Shown: positions 8,400 through 21,300, counted from the stretch's first letter. The stretch: 64,000 nt of DNA from Candidatus Oxydemutatoraceae bacterium (GCA_965218975.1 OZ244717.1:1856001-1920000); one strand, 5' to 3'. The notes: a model not told the origin generated them from the sequence alone. Program-made: numbers and translations.

Positions 8400-9644
8400 T
8401 TATAATCCCGCCGGATAATCATTCCCGGCTTTATCCAATTCAAAAGCCCGATGCATCGCGCGTACTGCACTTGCCATTTTATTTTCATCCAATACCACTG
8501 AAATTTTTATCTCGGATGTGGAAATCATGCGAATATTCACTTCCGCATCGGCAAGCGCACGAAACATGGTTGCGGCAATTCCTGCATGCGAACGCATTCC
8601 GACTCCGACCAATGAGACTTTAACAATCGCATCGTTGCCAAACACTTTTCTCGCATTCAGGTCCGTCGCGACTTGCTTGAGCACATCCGACGCCGATTTA
8701 TAATCTCTGCGGTGCACTGTAAAAGTAAAATCGGCATTGCCGTCATGCGCACTGACATTTTGCACGATCATGTCCACTTCGATATTCGCATCCGCAATCG
8801 GCCCGAGAATTTTTGCCGCAATACCCGGCTTGTCCACTACTCCGATGATCGTCAATTGCGCCTCATCCTGATTAACGGCGATACCTGAAACTTTTACTTG
8901 CTCCAACGGATGATCCTTATAAGTAATCAATGTCCCATCGCCTTCGCGGAAAGTTGATAAAACACGCAAAGGCACATTATACTTGCCGGCGAACTCAACC
9001 GCGCGAATTTGTAAAACCTTAGATCCGAGACTCGCCATCTCCAGCATCTCCTCAAAAGTAATATGGCTTAATCGGTGCGCGTGCGGTTCAATTCGCGGAT
9101 CTGTCGTATATACGCCATCGACATCGGTATAGATCCGACATTCTTGCGCTTTTAATTTTGCTGCAATCGCAACCGCGCTTATGTCCGAACCGCCGCGCCC
9201 GAACGTCGTAATATTCCCATCGCGATCAATTCCTTGAAACCCTGCGACGATCACCACCTTGCCGGCACGCAAATACTTCAGCATCGCCTTATCGTCAATC
9301 GCCTTGATGCGCGCTTTATTAAAATTAGCGTCGGTATAAATATTCGCCTGACCGCCGGTTAGAGAAATTGCCGACACGCCCGCATGCTCCAATGCCATCG
9401 CAAGTATCGCGCTGCTCGCTTGCTCGCCGACGGCAAGCAAAGCATCTAATTCGCGTCCTTTATAATCCGGCGCAATTTCTGTCGCAAGTCCGATTAGGCG
9501 ATCGGTTTCTCCGCTCATCGCCGACACGACAACAAGAACCGCTACGCCTTCTTTACGGACGGCGACAATTTTAGATGCGACATTGCGAATCCGCTCAATA
9601 TCGCCGACGGAGGTGCCGCCGTATTTGTGCACGACTAAATTCAC
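8400..9644 (-). CDS. lysC: Aspartate kinase
   Basis: KYGGTSVG, TFGRGGSD, TDVDGVY motifs; two ACT domains. Confidence 0.96.
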   Translation of the reverse strand: MNLVVHKYGGTSVGDIERIRNVASKIVAVRKEGVAVLVVVSAMSGETDRLIGLATEIAPDYKGRELDALLAVGEQASSAILAMALEHAGVSAISLTGGQANIYTDANFNKARIKAIDDKAMLKYLRAGKVVIVAGFQGIDRDGNITTFGRGGSDISAVAIAAKLKAQECRIYTDVDGVYTTDPRIEPHAHRLSHITFEEMLEMASLGSKVLQIRAVEFAGKYNVPLRVLSTFREGDGTLITYKDHPLEQVKVSGIAVNQDEAQLTIIGVVDKPGIAAKILGPIADANIEVDMIVQNVSAHDGNADFTFTVHRRDYKSASDVLKQVATDLNARKVFGNDAIVKVSLVGVGMRSHAGIAATMFRALADAEVNIRMISTSEIKISVVLDENKMASAVRAMHRAFELDKAGNDYPAGL

Positions 9645-9706
9645 TTTAATAATGGGAACTCGGTTTTTTTATTGTAGCGTATTAAAACGCCGAACTCGCA
9701 AAGAAA

Positions 9707-12307
9707 CTATCGTACCTGATCACGCACCCAATCCGGAACACTTGCCAGCGCAGTATCCAATGCGGCGGGATTCGTCCCGCCCGCTTCGGCCATATCGGGA
9801 CGTTTCCCGCCCCCTCTGCCGCCGACTTGCCGCGCCACCATATTGACCAAACTGCCGGCATGCAGTTTGTCGGTGCAGTTTTTGGTGACTCCGGCAACCA
9901 AATCGACGCGGCTATTATTCTCCGCCGCCAGTACTATCGCGGCGCTACCGAGTTTGATCTTCATTCGATCTAAAATGTTGCGCAGCACGCGGCGGTCGGC
10001 ATCGGTCAAACGCACCGCCAACACTTTCAAATCTCCGATTTCCACTGCCCGCGCCGCCAAATCATGATCAGCGCCTGAAGCGAGGCGCGTTTGATAAACG
10101 TTCACCTGCTTCTCAAGTTTACGATTCTTTTTTAGCAATTGCCGAACTCGCTCGGCAATATCGGCTTCGTCGGATTTCAGCATATCGCAAACTTGCTTGA
10201 GATATTGTTCTTGCCGACTGACAATCTGCCATGCTTTTTTGCCGGTTACCGCTTCAATCCGACGAATGCCAGCGGCGACCCCCGACTCAGATATGATTTT
10301 GAATAAACCGATATCGCCGGTGCGATCAACATGAGTGCCGCCGCAAAGCTCCATCGAAAAATCCCCCATCGTCATTGTGCGCACTTCATCTGCGTACTTC
10401 TCGCCAAGCAGCGCTATCGCTCCTTTATCAAGCGCTTGCTCTTTCGACATTATTTCGGCTTTCGCCGCGTGATTATTCCGCACTTGTTCATTGACCATCG
10501 CTTCGATTTCAATCAAATGCTGTCCTGTCAACGGTCGATCGTAAGAAAAATCAAATCGCAAGCGCTCTTCATCCACTAAAGAACCTTTCTGGCAAACGCT
10601 CTCGCCCAAGCATCTACGCAACGCTGCATGGAGTAAATGCGTTGCGGAATGATTGAGAACGATGCGGGCGCGGCGCAGCGCGTCAATTTCCGCCCGCACC
10701 GTATCCCCTAACGAAAAATAGCCGCTTTGCAATCGACCGATATGTTGATGCGCCGACCCTTGCTTCTGTGTATCCGCCACGACAAATACTGCTTCGGTAT
10801 TGCTTAACTTCCCGGTATCTCCGACTTGTCCGCCCGATTCTGCATAAAAAGGCGTGTGGTTCAATATTACTATTCCGGCCTCGCCGGCATTCATCCGCTT
10901 CACTTCTTCGCGGCCGATAAATAATCGCTTCACTGCGGCACAATCTTCCGTTTTGTCATAACCGATAAATTCACTGCTGTCCGTTGCCGCAACGTTCATA
11001 TTTTCATCGGCGAAAAATTGCTTTGACGCGCGCGCGCGCGCTTTCTGCCGCGCCATCAAGCGGTCAAAGCCTGCCATACCCAGCTTTAATCCTTTTTCAC
11101 GCGCTATATCGCCGGTCAGATCAACCGGGAATCCATAGGTGTCGTACAGTTTGAAAATGACTTCGCCCGGTATGGTCTTACCGCTTAACCGTTCCAACGC
11201 TGCGTCCAAAATACTCAGCCCTAGTTCCAGAGTTTCGGCAAAACGCTCTTCCTCTTTTTGCAAAACATTGACGATAAAAGATTGCCTTTCAATCAATTCG
11301 GGATATGCGCCGCCCATGATTGCGGATACGCTGCGAACAAGTTTATGAAAAAACGGAGCGCGTACGCCAAGTTTATGTCCATGGCGCGCCGCGCGGCGAA
11401 TAATCCGGCGCAGAACATAACCACGTCCTTCGTTTGACGGGAGCACGCCGTCCGAAACCAAGAAACTGCAAGCGCGAATATGATCGGAAATCACCCGCAA
11501 AGAAGGTAGCGAGCGGTCTCGCGCATCGGTGATGTCGGCAGCTGCCTCAATCAAACCGCGAAATAGATCCGTGGCGTAATTACTGTGCACTCCTTGCAAA
11601 ACCGCCGCGACCCGCTCAAGCCCCATGCCGGTATCCACCGAGGGCGCCGCCAAAGCTGTCATTGCGCCGTCCTTTGCACGCTCGTACTGCATGAATACCA
11701 AATTCCAGATTTCAACAAAGCGATCGCCCTCTTGTTCGGATGTCCCCGGCGGGCCTCCCGATATCGATTCGCCGTGGTCATAAAAAACTTCGGTGCAGGG
11801 TCCGCAGGGACCGATATCGCCCATCGTCCAAAAATTATCTTTCTCCCCGACACGCGCGAAACGCTTCGGATCGACGCCTATTTCCTTCAGCCAAATCTTT
11901 TCAGAATCGGCATCGGCTTCAAACACGGTTACCCATAGCTTTTCAGGCGGCAATTGTAGCGTTTGCGTCAAAAATTCCCAAGCGTAAGCGATAGCCGACT
12001 GCTTAAAATAGTCGCCGAAACTAAAATTACCCAGCATTTCAAAAAAAGTGTGATGGCGCGCGGTATAACCGACACTTTCAAGATCATTATGCTTACCGCC
12101 CGCGCGAATGCAGCGCTGGCTGCTTGTCGCGCGCGGATAATCAATGCCCTCCTTGCCGAGAAAAACATCCTTGAACTGCACCATCCCCGCGTTGGTGAAT
12201 AGCAATGTCGGATCGTTCGCCGGCGCCAATGAGCTTGATGCGACACGAGTATGATCTTTGCCCTCAAAAAATTGCAAGAAACTCTCGCGAATCTCAGCCG
12301 TTTTCAT
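9707..12307 (-). CDS. alaS: Alanine--tRNA ligase
   Basis: [36 protein letters not shown]; start at MKTAEIRE. Confidence 0.98.
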   Translation of the reverse strand: MKTAEIRESFLQFFEGKDHTRVASSSLAPANDPTLLFTNAGMVQFKDVFLGKEGIDYPRATSSQRCIRAGGKHNDLESVGYTARHHTFFEMLGNFSFGDYFKQSAIAYAWEFLTQTLQLPPEKLWVTVFEADADSEKIWLKEIGVDPKRFARVGEKDNFWTMGDIGPCGPCTEVFYDHGESISGGPPGTSEQEGDRFVEIWNLVFMQYERAKDGAMTALAAPSVDTGMGLERVAAVLQGVHSNYATDLFRGLIEAAADITDARDRSLPSLRVISDHIRACSFLVSDGVLPSNEGRGYVLRRIIRRAARHGHKLGVRAPFFHKLVRSVSAIMGGAYPELIERQSFIVNVLQKEEERFAETLELGLSILDAALERLSGKTIPGEVIFKLYDTYGFPVDLTGDIAREKGLKLGMAGFDRLMARQKARARASKQFFADENMNVAATDSSEFIGYDKTEDCAAVKRLFIGREEVKRMNAGEAGIVILNHTPFYAESGGQVGDTGKLSNTEAVFVVADTQKQGSAHQHIGRLQSGYFSLGDTVRAEIDALRRARIVLNHSATHLLHAALRRCLGESVCQKGSLVDEERLRFDFSYDRPLTGQHLIEIEAMVNEQVRNNHAAKAEIMSKEQALDKGAIALLGEKYADEVRTMTMGDFSMELCGGTHVDRTGDIGLFKIISESGVAAGIRRIEAVTGKKAWQIVSRQEQYLKQVCDMLKSDEADIAERVRQLLKKNRKLEKQVNVYQTRLASGADHDLAARAVEIGDLKVLAVRLTDADRRVLRNILDRMKIKLGSAAIVLAAENNSRVDLVAGVTKNCTDKLHAGSLVNMVARQVGGRGGGKRPDMAEAGGTNPAALDTALASVPDWVRDQVR

Positions 12308-12402
12308 TCCAAAAATCCCCGTTGTTTCGTGCAATCCATTGTACCACTAATTTGAAACGGCCTCTCTTTGAGAACGTCATTATCAAATTCTTGCAAAATA
12401 CA

Positions 12403-12837
12403 TCACTCAATGATTTCGCGAATGATTTCCCACGGATACCCTTGCCGGTGCAGATATTGTTTGCGCTTCATGCATTCTTTGATGTCTTGGGACGCAATGG
12501 TGCGGTATTTCTTGGCATAGCAACGACGCGCGTTTTCCAGCCAATCCACATCCGCCGCAAACACTGCTCGCGCGATTTCTTCTTTATCCAATCCCTTGCT
12601 TTCAAGATCCATGCGGATTCGGTTCGGACCGTAAAATCGACGTATACGGCTAGCGATATAGTCCTCAATGTAACGAGTGGAAGAAAGAAGCTTTTCTTTT
12701 ATTAATACTTGCAGCAAGCGATCAATGCTGTCTCGCGAAAAGCCCCGGCGTTCAAGCTTCAATCTCAATTCATCGCGAGTATGTTCGCGACGCGCCAATA
12801 ACTCAATTGCCTTGCGACGAATATCAGGCTTTGTCAC
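12403..12837 (-). CDS. recX: Regulatory protein RecX
   Basis: [23 protein letters not shown]; between recA and alaS; start uncertain (GTG 12837 chosen). Confidence 0.9.
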   Translation of the reverse strand: MTKPDIRRKAIELLARREHTRDELRLKLERRGFSRDSIDRLLQVLIKEKLLSSTRYIEDYIASRIRRFYGPNRIRMDLESKGLDKEEIARAVFAADVDWLENARRCYAKKYRTIASQDIKECMKRKQYLHRQGYPWEIIREIIE

Positions 12838-13927
12838 TAGCGTCTTTTCCGCGCACCCTTGTAGTTTTCGCCGCACTTTTTTCAACGGCTCCCATTCTAC
12901 CCTCAGACGTTCCATTCGCCTTATCTGACTTTATCGACGGCAACAACATTTGGCGCAACCGACTTTCCAATGCATCAACGACATCAGGCCTTTCCAAGAA
13001 ATAAGCGCGAATATTCTCCTTGCCTTGGGCAATTTTTTCGCCGTTATAAGAATACCATGCACCGGCTTTTTCCAAGAGACCATGTTCCACTCCCAAACTA
13101 ATAATCTCCGAAAGCTTGCTGATCCCCTCATCATAGCGAATTTCAAACTCGGCTTTTTTAAACGGCGGCGCCATTTTATTTTTTACCACTTTGACACGCG
13201 TTTCATTCCCGATCACGTCCTCGCCTTTCTTGATTGCACTAACTCGCCGAATATCCAAACGGACCGACGAATAAAACTTTAACGCATTGCCGCCGGTCGT
13301 CGTTTCAGGGTTGCCGAACATCACGCCGATTTTCATGCGGATTTGATTGATGAAAATAACCAGCGTTTGCGAACGCGCAATATTCGCGGTAATTTTGCGC
13401 AACGCTTTCGACATTAAGCGCGCTTGCAAGCCGATTTGAGTGTCGCCCATCTCTCCTTCAATCTCCACGCGCGGAGTCAATGCGGCAACCGAATCAACCA
13501 CAATCAAATCAACCGAGCCCGAACGTATCAGCATATCGACAATCTCCAAACCCTGCTCTCCGGTATCCGGTTGCGAAATAAGCAACTCCTGAATATTCAC
13601 TCCGATCTTTTCCGAGTACGCCGGGTCCAAAGCATGCTCAGCATCGACAAAAACTGCCACACCGCCTTGTTTCTGACATTCTGCCACTACTTGCAACGTC
13701 AAAGTCGTTTTACCCGAAGATTCCGGACCATACACTTCGACAATCCGTCCTTTAGGTAAACCGCCGACACCCAATGCGGCATCTAAGGCAAGCGATCCTG
13801 TCGGGATTACTTCAATATCGGGGATGGCCGTACCATTCTCCCCCATACGCATAATCGCACCCTTGCCGAACTGCCTTTGAATTTGCGCCAACGACGCAGA
13901 TAATGCTTGTTTCCTATTTTCGTCCAC
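12824..13927 (-). CDS. recA: Recombinase RecA
   Basis: [37 protein letters not shown]. Confidence 0.99.
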   Translation of the reverse strand: MDENRKQALSASLAQIQRQFGKGAIMRMGENGTAIPDIEVIPTGSLALDAALGVGGLPKGRIVEVYGPESSGKTTLTLQVVAECQKQGGVAVFVDAEHALDPAYSEKIGVNIQELLISQPDTGEQGLEIVDMLIRSGSVDLIVVDSVAALTPRVEIEGEMGDTQIGLQARLMSKALRKITANIARSQTLVIFINQIRMKIGVMFGNPETTTGGNALKFYSSVRLDIRRVSAIKKGEDVIGNETRVKVVKNKMAPPFKKAEFEIRYDEGISKLSEIISLGVEHGLLEKAGAWYSYNGEKIAQGKENIRAYFLERPDVVDALESRLRQMLLPSIKSDKANGTSEGRMGAVEKSAAKTTRVRGKDASDKA

Positions 13928-14279
13928 GATACTTGCTCTCCTATAAGTTTGGCAAACGATTCATCAACTTAATGCCGTTACTATCCGGCGCAAGCTTAAC
14001 ATACAACCGTACCCTTGCGAGACGAACGGGATTTCAGCATCGCTGTAGCATACGGATGAATTTTTTCCGCCGCATTCCAATCTCCTTCCGTCAGACCTTG
14101 CTGATAGACTATCGCCGCTATTTTACCTGAATTTGCGACCGTATCCGTCCGACGATTGCACATTTTTATCTAGAAGTCGGCGAACTCATGCGGATGAACA
14201 CAGCTTACATACTCTCTGCCGCAGCGGCAATCTAGCATTCGATAAACGGCGTCAAAGCCCGAATAAGCGGTCAAAGGCG

Positions 14280-14786
14280 TTAACTTTTCAATAATTCCAG
14301 CGTTCCGACAACCATATTCCGCACCGCCTGCTTGCGCAGTGCCTCGCGATCACCCGCATATCGGACTTGCTGCGTTCGCACCGTTCGATCGCGCATCTGC
14401 CAAGCAAACCACACCAAACCGACCGGCTTGTCCGCCGTACCGCCGTCCGGTCCGGCAATTCCGCTTACCGCAACCGCCAACGATGCCGCCGGTAAGCGCC
14501 ACAATGCGCCGCGCGCCATCGCCGACACAACCTGCTCACTCACTGCACCGTAACGATTCAATATGTCCGCCGGTACCCCTAGCATTGCTTGCTTTGCCGC
14601 ATCGCTGTACGTAACCAAACTTGCTTCAAACCATTGCGAACTCCCGGGCAAATCGGTGCAAGCTTTCGCGAACCAACCGCCGCTACATGATTCTGCGGCG
14701 CACAAGCGCAAATGGCGCGCGCGCAACGCCTGCGCAAGGCACATGAAATCCGCGTGTAATGCTTTATCCGACAAAACGAATCTCAA
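14280..14786 (-). CDS. pncC: CinA/PncC family nicotinamide-nucleotide amidohydrolase
   Basis: AESCSGG, GAVSEQV, SGIAGPDGGT..KPVGLVW; upstream of recA. Confidence 0.88.
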   Translation of the reverse strand: MRFVLSDKALHADFMCLAQALRARHLRLCAAESCSGGWFAKACTDLPGSSQWFEASLVTYSDAAKQAMLGVPADILNRYGAVSEQVVSAMARGALWRLPAASLAVAVSGIAGPDGGTADKPVGLVWFAWQMRDRTVRTQQVRYAGDREALRKQAVRNMVVGTLELLKS

Positions 14787-14821
14787 TATTCATATAATGG
14801 GGCATAAAAAGAAAAACATAA

Positions 14822-17416
14822 ATGGCAAAATCGACACTTTCTCCCGGCATACAACAGTATCTCAAAATTAAATCGGATTATCCCGATACGCTATTGTTTT
14901 ATCAAATAGGCGACTTTTATGAACTATTCTTCGAGGATGCTAAAAAAGTATCCAAGCTGCTGGACATTACGCTCACCAAACGCGGCGCTACCATCGGAGA
15001 TCCGATACCGATGGCAGGCGTTCCGGTCCATGCCGCGGATAATTATATCGCCAAACTGGTACGCCACGGTGAATCCATCGCCATCTGTAATCAAACCGGC
15101 GATCCTAAAGCCTCTATGGGTCCGGTCAGTCGAGAAGTCGTTCGCGTCATCACGCCCGGCACTTTGGTCGAGGACAGCTTACTTGAGGAACACCGGGATA
15201 ATTTGATCGTAGCGATTGTCGCGGATAATGAATCCGAACCCGCCGCTTACGGTTTGGCGATACTCAACTTAAGCGGCGGTCGATTCATTCTGAAAACGCT
15301 GGCCGGCGATGAGGCACTGATCAGTGAACTGACACGTTTGTCGCCCGCCGAATGTATTATCAGCGAAGACTGGGAGCCACCCTGCCCGATCAACGGATTG
15401 CAAAAACGTCCGCTATGGACGTTTGATCACGATACTTGCACTGAGCGGTTATGCGAGCAACTGAATGTCATCAACCTCAATGGTTTCGGATGCGTCGATA
15501 TGCCTGCCGCTGTCAGCGCCGCCGGCGTATTATTGCAGTATGTGAAAGAAATGCAAAAATCCGCTCTGCCGCATATTCAAAGTCTTCAGGTAGAACGCGC
15601 CGACGATTATTTGTTTTTAGACGCAAGCAGCCGAGCCTGCCTTGAAATAGAAACGACGCTCTCCAGCGATACTACGCATACGCTGATGGGCATCCATAAC
15701 CACACCGTAACCGCGATGGGAACGCGTTGCTTGCGGCGATGGTTCGGACAACCTCTGCGGCATTGCCCGACTTTGTTGCAACGTCAGGAAATGGTCGGCG
15801 CATTGCGCGACCATCCGGATTTAGACAGCTTGCGCGACGAACTCAAGCATATTGCCGATATCGAGCGCATTCTGTCGCGGCTCGCGCTGGAAAATGCCCG
15901 CCCGCGCGACTTGATCGGGATTCGCGACACCCTGCGTTTGTTACCGGCGATTAAATCCCGACTCGCAGCGTTGGATAGCGCAATGGCAAAAATGTTGGAT
16001 ACGGCAATTCAAACGCAACCCAAAGTCATCGCATTGCTTGAACGCGCTATCATAGACAGCCCGCCTGCGACGGTCCGCAACGGCGGCGTGATCAAAAGCG
16101 GTTATGACACCGCGCTTGACACATTACGCGACAGCGGACAAGGTGCGGATAAGTTTTTGCTCGAGCTTGAAGCGCGCGAGAAAAAAAACGCACGTGCATC
16201 TCACTTAAAAATCGCATACAACCGAATCTTAAATTACTACATTGAAATTCCACGCGCGCAAACCGCTCGTATTCCGCCGGAATACCAGCGCGTGCAAACT
16301 TTAAAACATGCCGAACGCTATACGCTGCCCGAACTGAAAGCGCTCGGCCAAAAAATCGTCAGTGCTCACGAACAAGCGCTGGCAAAAGAAAAACAACTTT
16401 ATCAAGCGCTGCAGAGATTCTTTCACCCGCACTTGAATACGTTACAGACCATCGCGCAAGCATTGGCGCAAACCGATGTGTTGGTTACGTTGGCATGGTG
16501 CGCCAAACGTTATCATTATGCGGAACCGACATTCAGCGCAGAATCCGGCATACGAATCGCCGCGGGACGGCACCCGGTAGTGGAGCGTTTCATCAATCAT
16601 GACTTTGTGCCCAACGATATACAGCTGGACGCGCAGCGTAGAATGCTAGTGATCACCGGCCCGAACATGGGCGGAAAATCAACTTACATGCGTCAAGTCG
16701 CGCAGATTGTTTTGCTGGCACATATCGGCGGATATGTACCGGCGCAAACCGCACAGATCGGACCAATCGACCAAATCTTTACTCGCATCGGCGCATCGGA
16801 CGACATCGCATCCGGTCATTCGACCTTTATGGTCGAAATGATCGAAGCGGCGAATATTCTAAATAACGCCGCGGAAAACAGCTTAGTCATCATGGACGAA
16901 ATCGGACGCGGCACTAGCACTTTTGACGGATTAAGCTTGGCATGGGCATGCGCCGAACGTCTCGCCGCGCAAAATCAATCTTTCACTTTGTTCGCCACAC
17001 ATTACTTTGAACTGACCGCATTGGCGAACGAACTGAGTATGGTGCACAATGTGCACATTGACGCGATGGAACACAATGATCGGATCATTTTTCTACATCA
17101 AGTCAAAAACGGCGCGGCAAACCAAAGCTATGGTATCCATGTCGCTCAGCTTGCCGGCATTCCCGAAGACGTGATAAGCATCGCACGCGCCAAACTTGCC
17201 GAACTTGAATCGCAACAATTAACTGCTATTCAAAAAATTGACCACACGCAATTGCCGTTGACTCTAACATCGCAAGCTGTGCAAAAGCCGACCGAATCCG
17301 AACCCTCGGCGTTGAAAAAATTGAAACAACTGGAACCTGATGAGATGAGTCCCAAGGAAGCGTTGCAAATGCTATATCAGCTAAAAGAGCTGGGGGAACA
17401 GGGCCGCAAAGCATGA
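14822..17416 (+). CDS. mutS: DNA mismatch repair protein MutS
   Basis: [41 protein letters not shown]. Confidence 0.98.
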   Translation: MAKSTLSPGIQQYLKIKSDYPDTLLFYQIGDFYELFFEDAKKVSKLLDITLTKRGATIGDPIPMAGVPVHAADNYIAKLVRHGESIAICNQTGDPKASMGPVSREVVRVITPGTLVEDSLLEEHRDNLIVAIVADNESEPAAYGLAILNLSGGRFILKTLAGDEALISELTRLSPAECIISEDWEPPCPINGLQKRPLWTFDHDTCTERLCEQLNVINLNGFGCVDMPAAVSAAGVLLQYVKEMQKSALPHIQSLQVERADDYLFLDASSRACLEIETTLSSDTTHTLMGIHNHTVTAMGTRCLRRWFGQPLRHCPTLLQRQEMVGALRDHPDLDSLRDELKHIADIERILSRLALENARPRDLIGIRDTLRLLPAIKSRLAALDSAMAKMLDTAIQTQPKVIALLERAIIDSPPATVRNGGVIKSGYDTALDTLRDSGQGADKFLLELEAREKKNARASHLKIAYNRILNYYIEIPRAQTARIPPEYQRVQTLKHAERYTLPELKALGQKIVSAHEQALAKEKQLYQALQRFFHPHLNTLQTIAQALAQTDVLVTLAWCAKRYHYAEPTFSAESGIRIAAGRHPVVERFINHDFVPNDIQLDAQRRMLVITGPNMGGKSTYMRQVAQIVLLAHIGGYVPAQTAQIGPIDQIFTRIGASDDIASGHSTFMVEMIEAANILNNAAENSLVIMDEIGRGTSTFDGLSLAWACAERLAAQNQSFTLFATHYFELTALANELSMVHNVHIDAMEHNDRIIFLHQVKNGAANQSYGIHVAQLAGIPEDVISIARAKLAELESQQLTAIQKIDHTQLPLTLTSQAVQKPTESEPSALKKLKQLEPDEMSPKEALQMLYQLKELGEQGRKA

Positions 17417-18762
17417 CGATACGAAAAACACTTTCCGAAGCAATCGCGCCGCTCATTGCTCGCGATAAAAACAAACGCATACGCGTGCAAGAGCGCATCA
17501 ACGCAATCAATACATTGCTTGAAATCGCCGATAGAGAACCGGCACATCGCGTGCAAATCATGCAAGCGCTGGTTGCTTACATTTGCCGCAACGCAAAATC
17601 CGCTGCTATCAATCGCCCGGCACCCGATGCCCCTTTATCTTTGAGCGAGGACATTGCTGCCGCATGGAATACTCTAAAACAACTATATGACCGATATGCG
17701 GCAGAACTAATCTCAAGCAATCAATTGCGCCGTGATACTCGACACGATGACTTGAGTTTTGCCGGCGCAGACTTTTCGTATTTGCAGCTGGATTCGGTCC
17801 GATGGATTGAACGACCGACGTTAACCGGCGCCAATTTAAACCACGCCTGCCTCGTCGGAACGCAACTCAATCATGCCAAGCTTGCCAATGCCGAATTAAA
17901 TCATGCGAATATGTCCGCCGTTCAATTAAACCATGCGAATTTATCCCACGCGCAACTCAATCATGCGAACGCGTCGGGAACACAGATCAATGCCGCCGAT
18001 TTCACCGCCGCGCAACTCAACGGCGCGGTTTTGTTTTACTCTCAACTGAACTGCACGACATTTAACAACGCCGAACTCAACGGCGCAAATCTGTTCAAGG
18101 CGCAGCTGATCGGCGCGGACTTATCCGACGCGCAACTCAACGGCGCGAATTTATTCAATGCCGTGCTGTTCGGCGCAAATTTATCCGATACGCAACTCAA
18201 CGGCACGAACCTGCTCGGTGCGCAGCTGAGCGGTGCGACTCTACGCGCACTGCATCTACGCAAAACGGAGTTCCGCCAAGCGCGTTATGCGCAGTTAGCC
18301 GAGGAGGAGAACACGATACTCAATATCGCATTGGATAAAGCGGAGGCATCAAATGAAATCAAAGCATTGATTCATAAGCGAATTAAAGACAATACCGCTA
18401 AATACGGCGCGACTTGCATACCGACCTCTGCACAAATCTGGTGTTCGGACTCCATGCAAAAGGTATTTTCACAGATACCCGTGTTGGCGCCCGACGCCGA
18501 TTGGAGCGATTTGGCAGACTTGTTGGAATTGACTACCGGCGAAAACAACTTGTCCAAACGCGCCGCCTTATTAGTCGGCATCTTGCGCAATTTCGTCTAT
18601 GAATATCACAAAGTGCATTCAATGCCCAAACGCATCGCGCAACTGAAACAAGCCGCTATCGCTTTGTTTACCGACGGCAAAAATCAGGTTCTGTTCGTGC
18701 AATTACCGAAGAAAACGCAGCGGGATATCAAGAGGTGGAAAAAAGGCGAAAAAACTTCGTAG
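17413..18762 (+). CDS. Pentapeptide repeat protein
   Basis: Central run of A(Q/E/N)L(N/S)(G/H)-type pentapeptides; ATGA overlap with mutS. Confidence 0.85.
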   Translation: MTIRKTLSEAIAPLIARDKNKRIRVQERINAINTLLEIADREPAHRVQIMQALVAYICRNAKSAAINRPAPDAPLSLSEDIAAAWNTLKQLYDRYAAELISSNQLRRDTRHDDLSFAGADFSYLQLDSVRWIERPTLTGANLNHACLVGTQLNHAKLANAELNHANMSAVQLNHANLSHAQLNHANASGTQINAADFTAAQLNGAVLFYSQLNCTTFNNAELNGANLFKAQLIGADLSDAQLNGANLFNAVLFGANLSDTQLNGTNLLGAQLSGATLRALHLRKTEFRQARYAQLAEEENTILNIALDKAEASNEIKALIHKRIKDNTAKYGATCIPTSAQIWCSDSMQKVFSQIPVLAPDADWSDLADLLELTTGENNLSKRAALLVGILRNFVYEYHKVHSMPKRIAQLKQAAIALFTDGKNQVLFVQLPKKTQRDIKRWKKGEKTS

Positions 18763-18882
18763 CGGACTATTCGCTATCGGCTTTTATTTCTCTCGCGCAT
18801 CTCGTTCCTCAGCTTCTATAAAACGAGCGGCATCCTCGCTTCGGCTCGACGAGAAATTTCTTGCGCGAGCAAAACGACCGTC

Positions 18883-18914
18883 AAATATATCCCACCGAAA
18901 TAATCTTGCAGGTT
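18883..18914 (+). repeat. 32-bp target site duplication, left copy (original greA 3' end)
   Basis: AAATATATCCCACCGAAATAATCTTGCAGGTT, identical to 20826-20857. Confidence 0.93.
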
Positions 18915-20825
18915 CTTGACTTCGTAGGTTTTGTCTCGTAAGTGATTGATATTATTGCCTTCAGGATTCTCAAGGGCACTACATTACGGTGTTGTTTGTA
19001 GCCCTCCGCGCTCAGCTTCCCCCAGGGCGTGACTTGTCGGGAAGCGGGAACGGAGCTTCGTTCCATTTCAGGCCGACACTACGGTAGATCCTGTTGGCGT
19101 CCGCACTCGCGCGGCTCGGCATCGCATACCGCTTCTGTGTGTCGGTACATACCAAGATGCTCAACTGCAAGGTGTCGAGCTCGCGCCGGATCCGTTCCGC
19201 GCTCATCGGGAAGCCCAGTGCCTTAAGCCGCCGGCGCAGCTGCTGCAAGCAGCAGAAGGCCATGTAGCAGATCGCAATGTGTGCCTGGATACGCCGCGGC
19301 TTCCAGTGAAAGATCGGGCGGATGCAAAGGTCATGCTTGTTGGTGCGAAAGCAATGTTCTACTTCCCACAACCGACGGTACTGCGACAGCAATTCCTTTG
19401 GCGCCATCTCCTCGTTGCCGTGTGCGATGATTGCGCGCAGGCCGTCCCAACGCGCCGCATCGGCCACCTTGGCCGCATCAATCTTAACCCGGCCCTTTGC
19501 GGGGAAGCTTAAGTAACAGGCATAGCCGCGCGCCACGAAACCTGCCGGGCGCTCGCTGCGTTGATACTTCCGGCGCAACTGTGACAATATGCGCTCCCGA
19601 ACTTCTTGATCCTTGCGCGCGCGCCGGCGTGAATAGGTGACTATGATCCGCCGGCCTTCGTGGCGAATCATCCGGTAACGCAGGTCCTGCGTTTTGAGCC
19701 AGCCTTGATCGTCTGCTGCACTGAGGGCCTGCAGCTTGATCTTGGCCGGGGCCGACTTGAGACGATAGCCGAGCACATAGGCCAAGCCCTGCTCCTGCAG
19801 GAATGTCTGGTTCTCACGGCTCAGCATCGCCGCATCGGCCACTACTGTAAATACAGCACCCGGATGTCTCTGTTGCAGACTTGTCACTGCCTGCATCAAG
19901 GTTTTGCCCTCAAAGGTGTTGCCCGGCAACAGTGCGTAGTCCACCGGCAGACCGTCGCAGGTCGTCATCAGTGCCAGTAACACCTGGCAGCGGTGCGGCT
20001 TGCCGTCCTTACTATAACCTTTCGCGCGCAACGGGTCCTCTTGCTCGCTCTCGAAGTACAGGGTCGTGCAATCAAAGAAGAACACCTTGAGGGGCTGATC
20101 ATACAACTTCTGTGCCGCCTGATGAGACTGTTCCCGGATGCGTGCAATCACCGCCTCCTCAAGGTGATCCATAGTCTGGTAAACCCGGTCGAGATTGAGC
20201 GAAACGCCGCTTCGTTCGAGCTCGCACACCGTGGCACGCTTGCTCTGCGGCTGCGCGATACGCGCCAGCACCAGCTCGCGCAGAATGCGGTTGGCTGCCG
20301 TACGCCGTGCACCCAACACCTGGTTCCAACCCAGGTGCGAATAAATCTGCGTGAACGCCTCGCGCACCCCAAGCATCAGCCGCATCTCCTCACGGCATTC
20401 GGCAAGATCTACCCCGAAGCGCGCCAGACGTGGTGCCAGCCGCGCCTCAGCTGCGAGATCCGCGTACTGCTTCGGTGTGAACAGCGATTGCTGTGCTGTA
20501 CCGGCTTGGCGCAGCTCTTCCAAGGTGACCTCGCCGAGCTTGCGCAAAGATGCAAGCTGCTCGGGACTGTCGGCAGTGCCGATATGCCGCACCACACGCT
20601 GACGGGGACCATCGGCAGTGCGCACGGAACGTACAATCTGCAAGCGAGTGCGGCCACGTTCGGGGTCATATTTTTCACGCAAGTACATAGACCCGAATGA
20701 TAACCCAAAATCCAAGTGAAAACAAGCCTGGGGGCACTACAATGGATTTTTCGGCGGCGCCCGGATAACCCTATGATAATAAAAGATTTATTTTTTGCCC
20801 AAAGGTCAAAACCTACGAAGTCAAG
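18915..20825 (-). mobile_element. IS1634-family insertion sequence, 1911 bp
   Basis: Terminal IRs CTTGACTTCGTAGGTTTTG (18915-18933) and CAAAACCTACGAAGTCAAG (20807-20825); flanking direct repeats; visibly GC-richer than the host DNA. Confidence 0.93.
19012..20688 (-). CDS. IS1634-family DDE transposase
   Basis: FFDCTTLYFE, GYSKDGK, VVADAAM, YRRLWEVEHCFR..KHDL.IRPIFHW; start at MYLREK. Confidence 0.93.
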   Translation of the reverse strand: MYLREKYDPERGRTRLQIVRSVRTADGPRQRVVRHIGTADSPEQLASLRKLGEVTLEELRQAGTAQQSLFTPKQYADLAAEARLAPRLARFGVDLAECREEMRLMLGVREAFTQIYSHLGWNQVLGARRTAANRILRELVLARIAQPQSKRATVCELERSGVSLNLDRVYQTMDHLEEAVIARIREQSHQAAQKLYDQPLKVFFFDCTTLYFESEQEDPLRAKGYSKDGKPHRCQVLLALMTTCDGLPVDYALLPGNTFEGKTLMQAVTSLQQRHPGAVFTVVADAAMLSRENQTFLQEQGLAYVLGYRLKSAPAKIKLQALSAADDQGWLKTQDLRYRMIRHEGRRIIVTYSRRRARKDQEVRERILSQLRRKYQRSERPAGFVARGYACYLSFPAKGRVKIDAAKVADAARWDGLRAIIAHGNEEMAPKELLSQYRRLWEVEHCFRTNKHDLCIRPIFHWKPRRIQAHIAICYMAFCCLQQLRRRLKALGFPMSAERIRRELDTLQLSILVCTDTQKRYAMPSRASADANRIYRSVGLKWNEAPFPLPDKSRPGGS

Positions 20826-21300
20826 AAATATATCCCACCGAAATAATCTTGCAGGTTCTTTCCCCGCGAGGCGCTTGAATCGTCGAATCGTCTCCGACAT
20901 GCTTGCCGATCAAAGCGCGAGCGAGGGGCGAAGCGTACGAAAGCAAGCTTCGTTCGATATCCGCTTCATCCTCACCGACAATCCGATAAGTGATCTCCTC
21001 TCCGGTATCGTTATAAACAATAGTGACCGTTGCACCGAATACGATTTTATCACTGATACCTAACTGAGAAGTATCAATCACTTCGGCGATGGAAAGCTTC
21101 GCTTCAATATCCTTAATTCTTCCTTCAATAAAACCTTGTTGCTCGCGCGCGGCATGATACTCGGCGTTCTCACGCAAGTCGCCGTGCTCGCGCGCTGTGG
21201 AAATCGCTTGAATCACGCGCGGACGATCTTCATTCTTCAGCTTTTCCAACTCGGAGCGCAATGCTTTGGCTCCGGCTTTGGTCATCGGCGCTTTACTCAT
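20821..21300 (-). CDS. greA: Transcription elongation factor GreA
   Basis: [30 protein letters not shown]; the stop codon lies inside the IS terminus. Confidence 0.97.
   Translation of the reverse strand: MSKAPMTKAGAKALRSELEKLKNEDRPRVIQAISTAREHGDLRENAEYHAAREQQGFIEGRIKDIEAKLSIAEVIDTSQLGISDKIVFGATVTIVYNDTGEEITYRIVGEDEADIERSLLSYASPLARALIGKHVGDDSTIQAPRGERTCKIISVGYIS
20826..20857 (+). repeat. 32-bp target site duplication, right copy (within greA)
   Basis: Identical to 18883-18914. Confidence 0.93.

Noticed and set aside
11027-11041. (GC)n run in alaS
   Set aside because: It encodes ARARA in an essential gene, with no sign of variation
14188-14203. LexA box upstream of recA
   Set aside because: Only one CTGT half-site (CTGTGTTCATCCGCAT), located ~260 bp from the start
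18792-18869. Nested imperfect hairpin between the pentapeptide gene and the old greA end
   Set aside because: Arms are only 6-8 bp and no second copy was seen; it may simply be a terminator region
19993-20900. Long alternative ORFs inside the IS (235 aa, 163 aa)
   Set aside because: Shadow frames of a GC-rich transposase with no motifs
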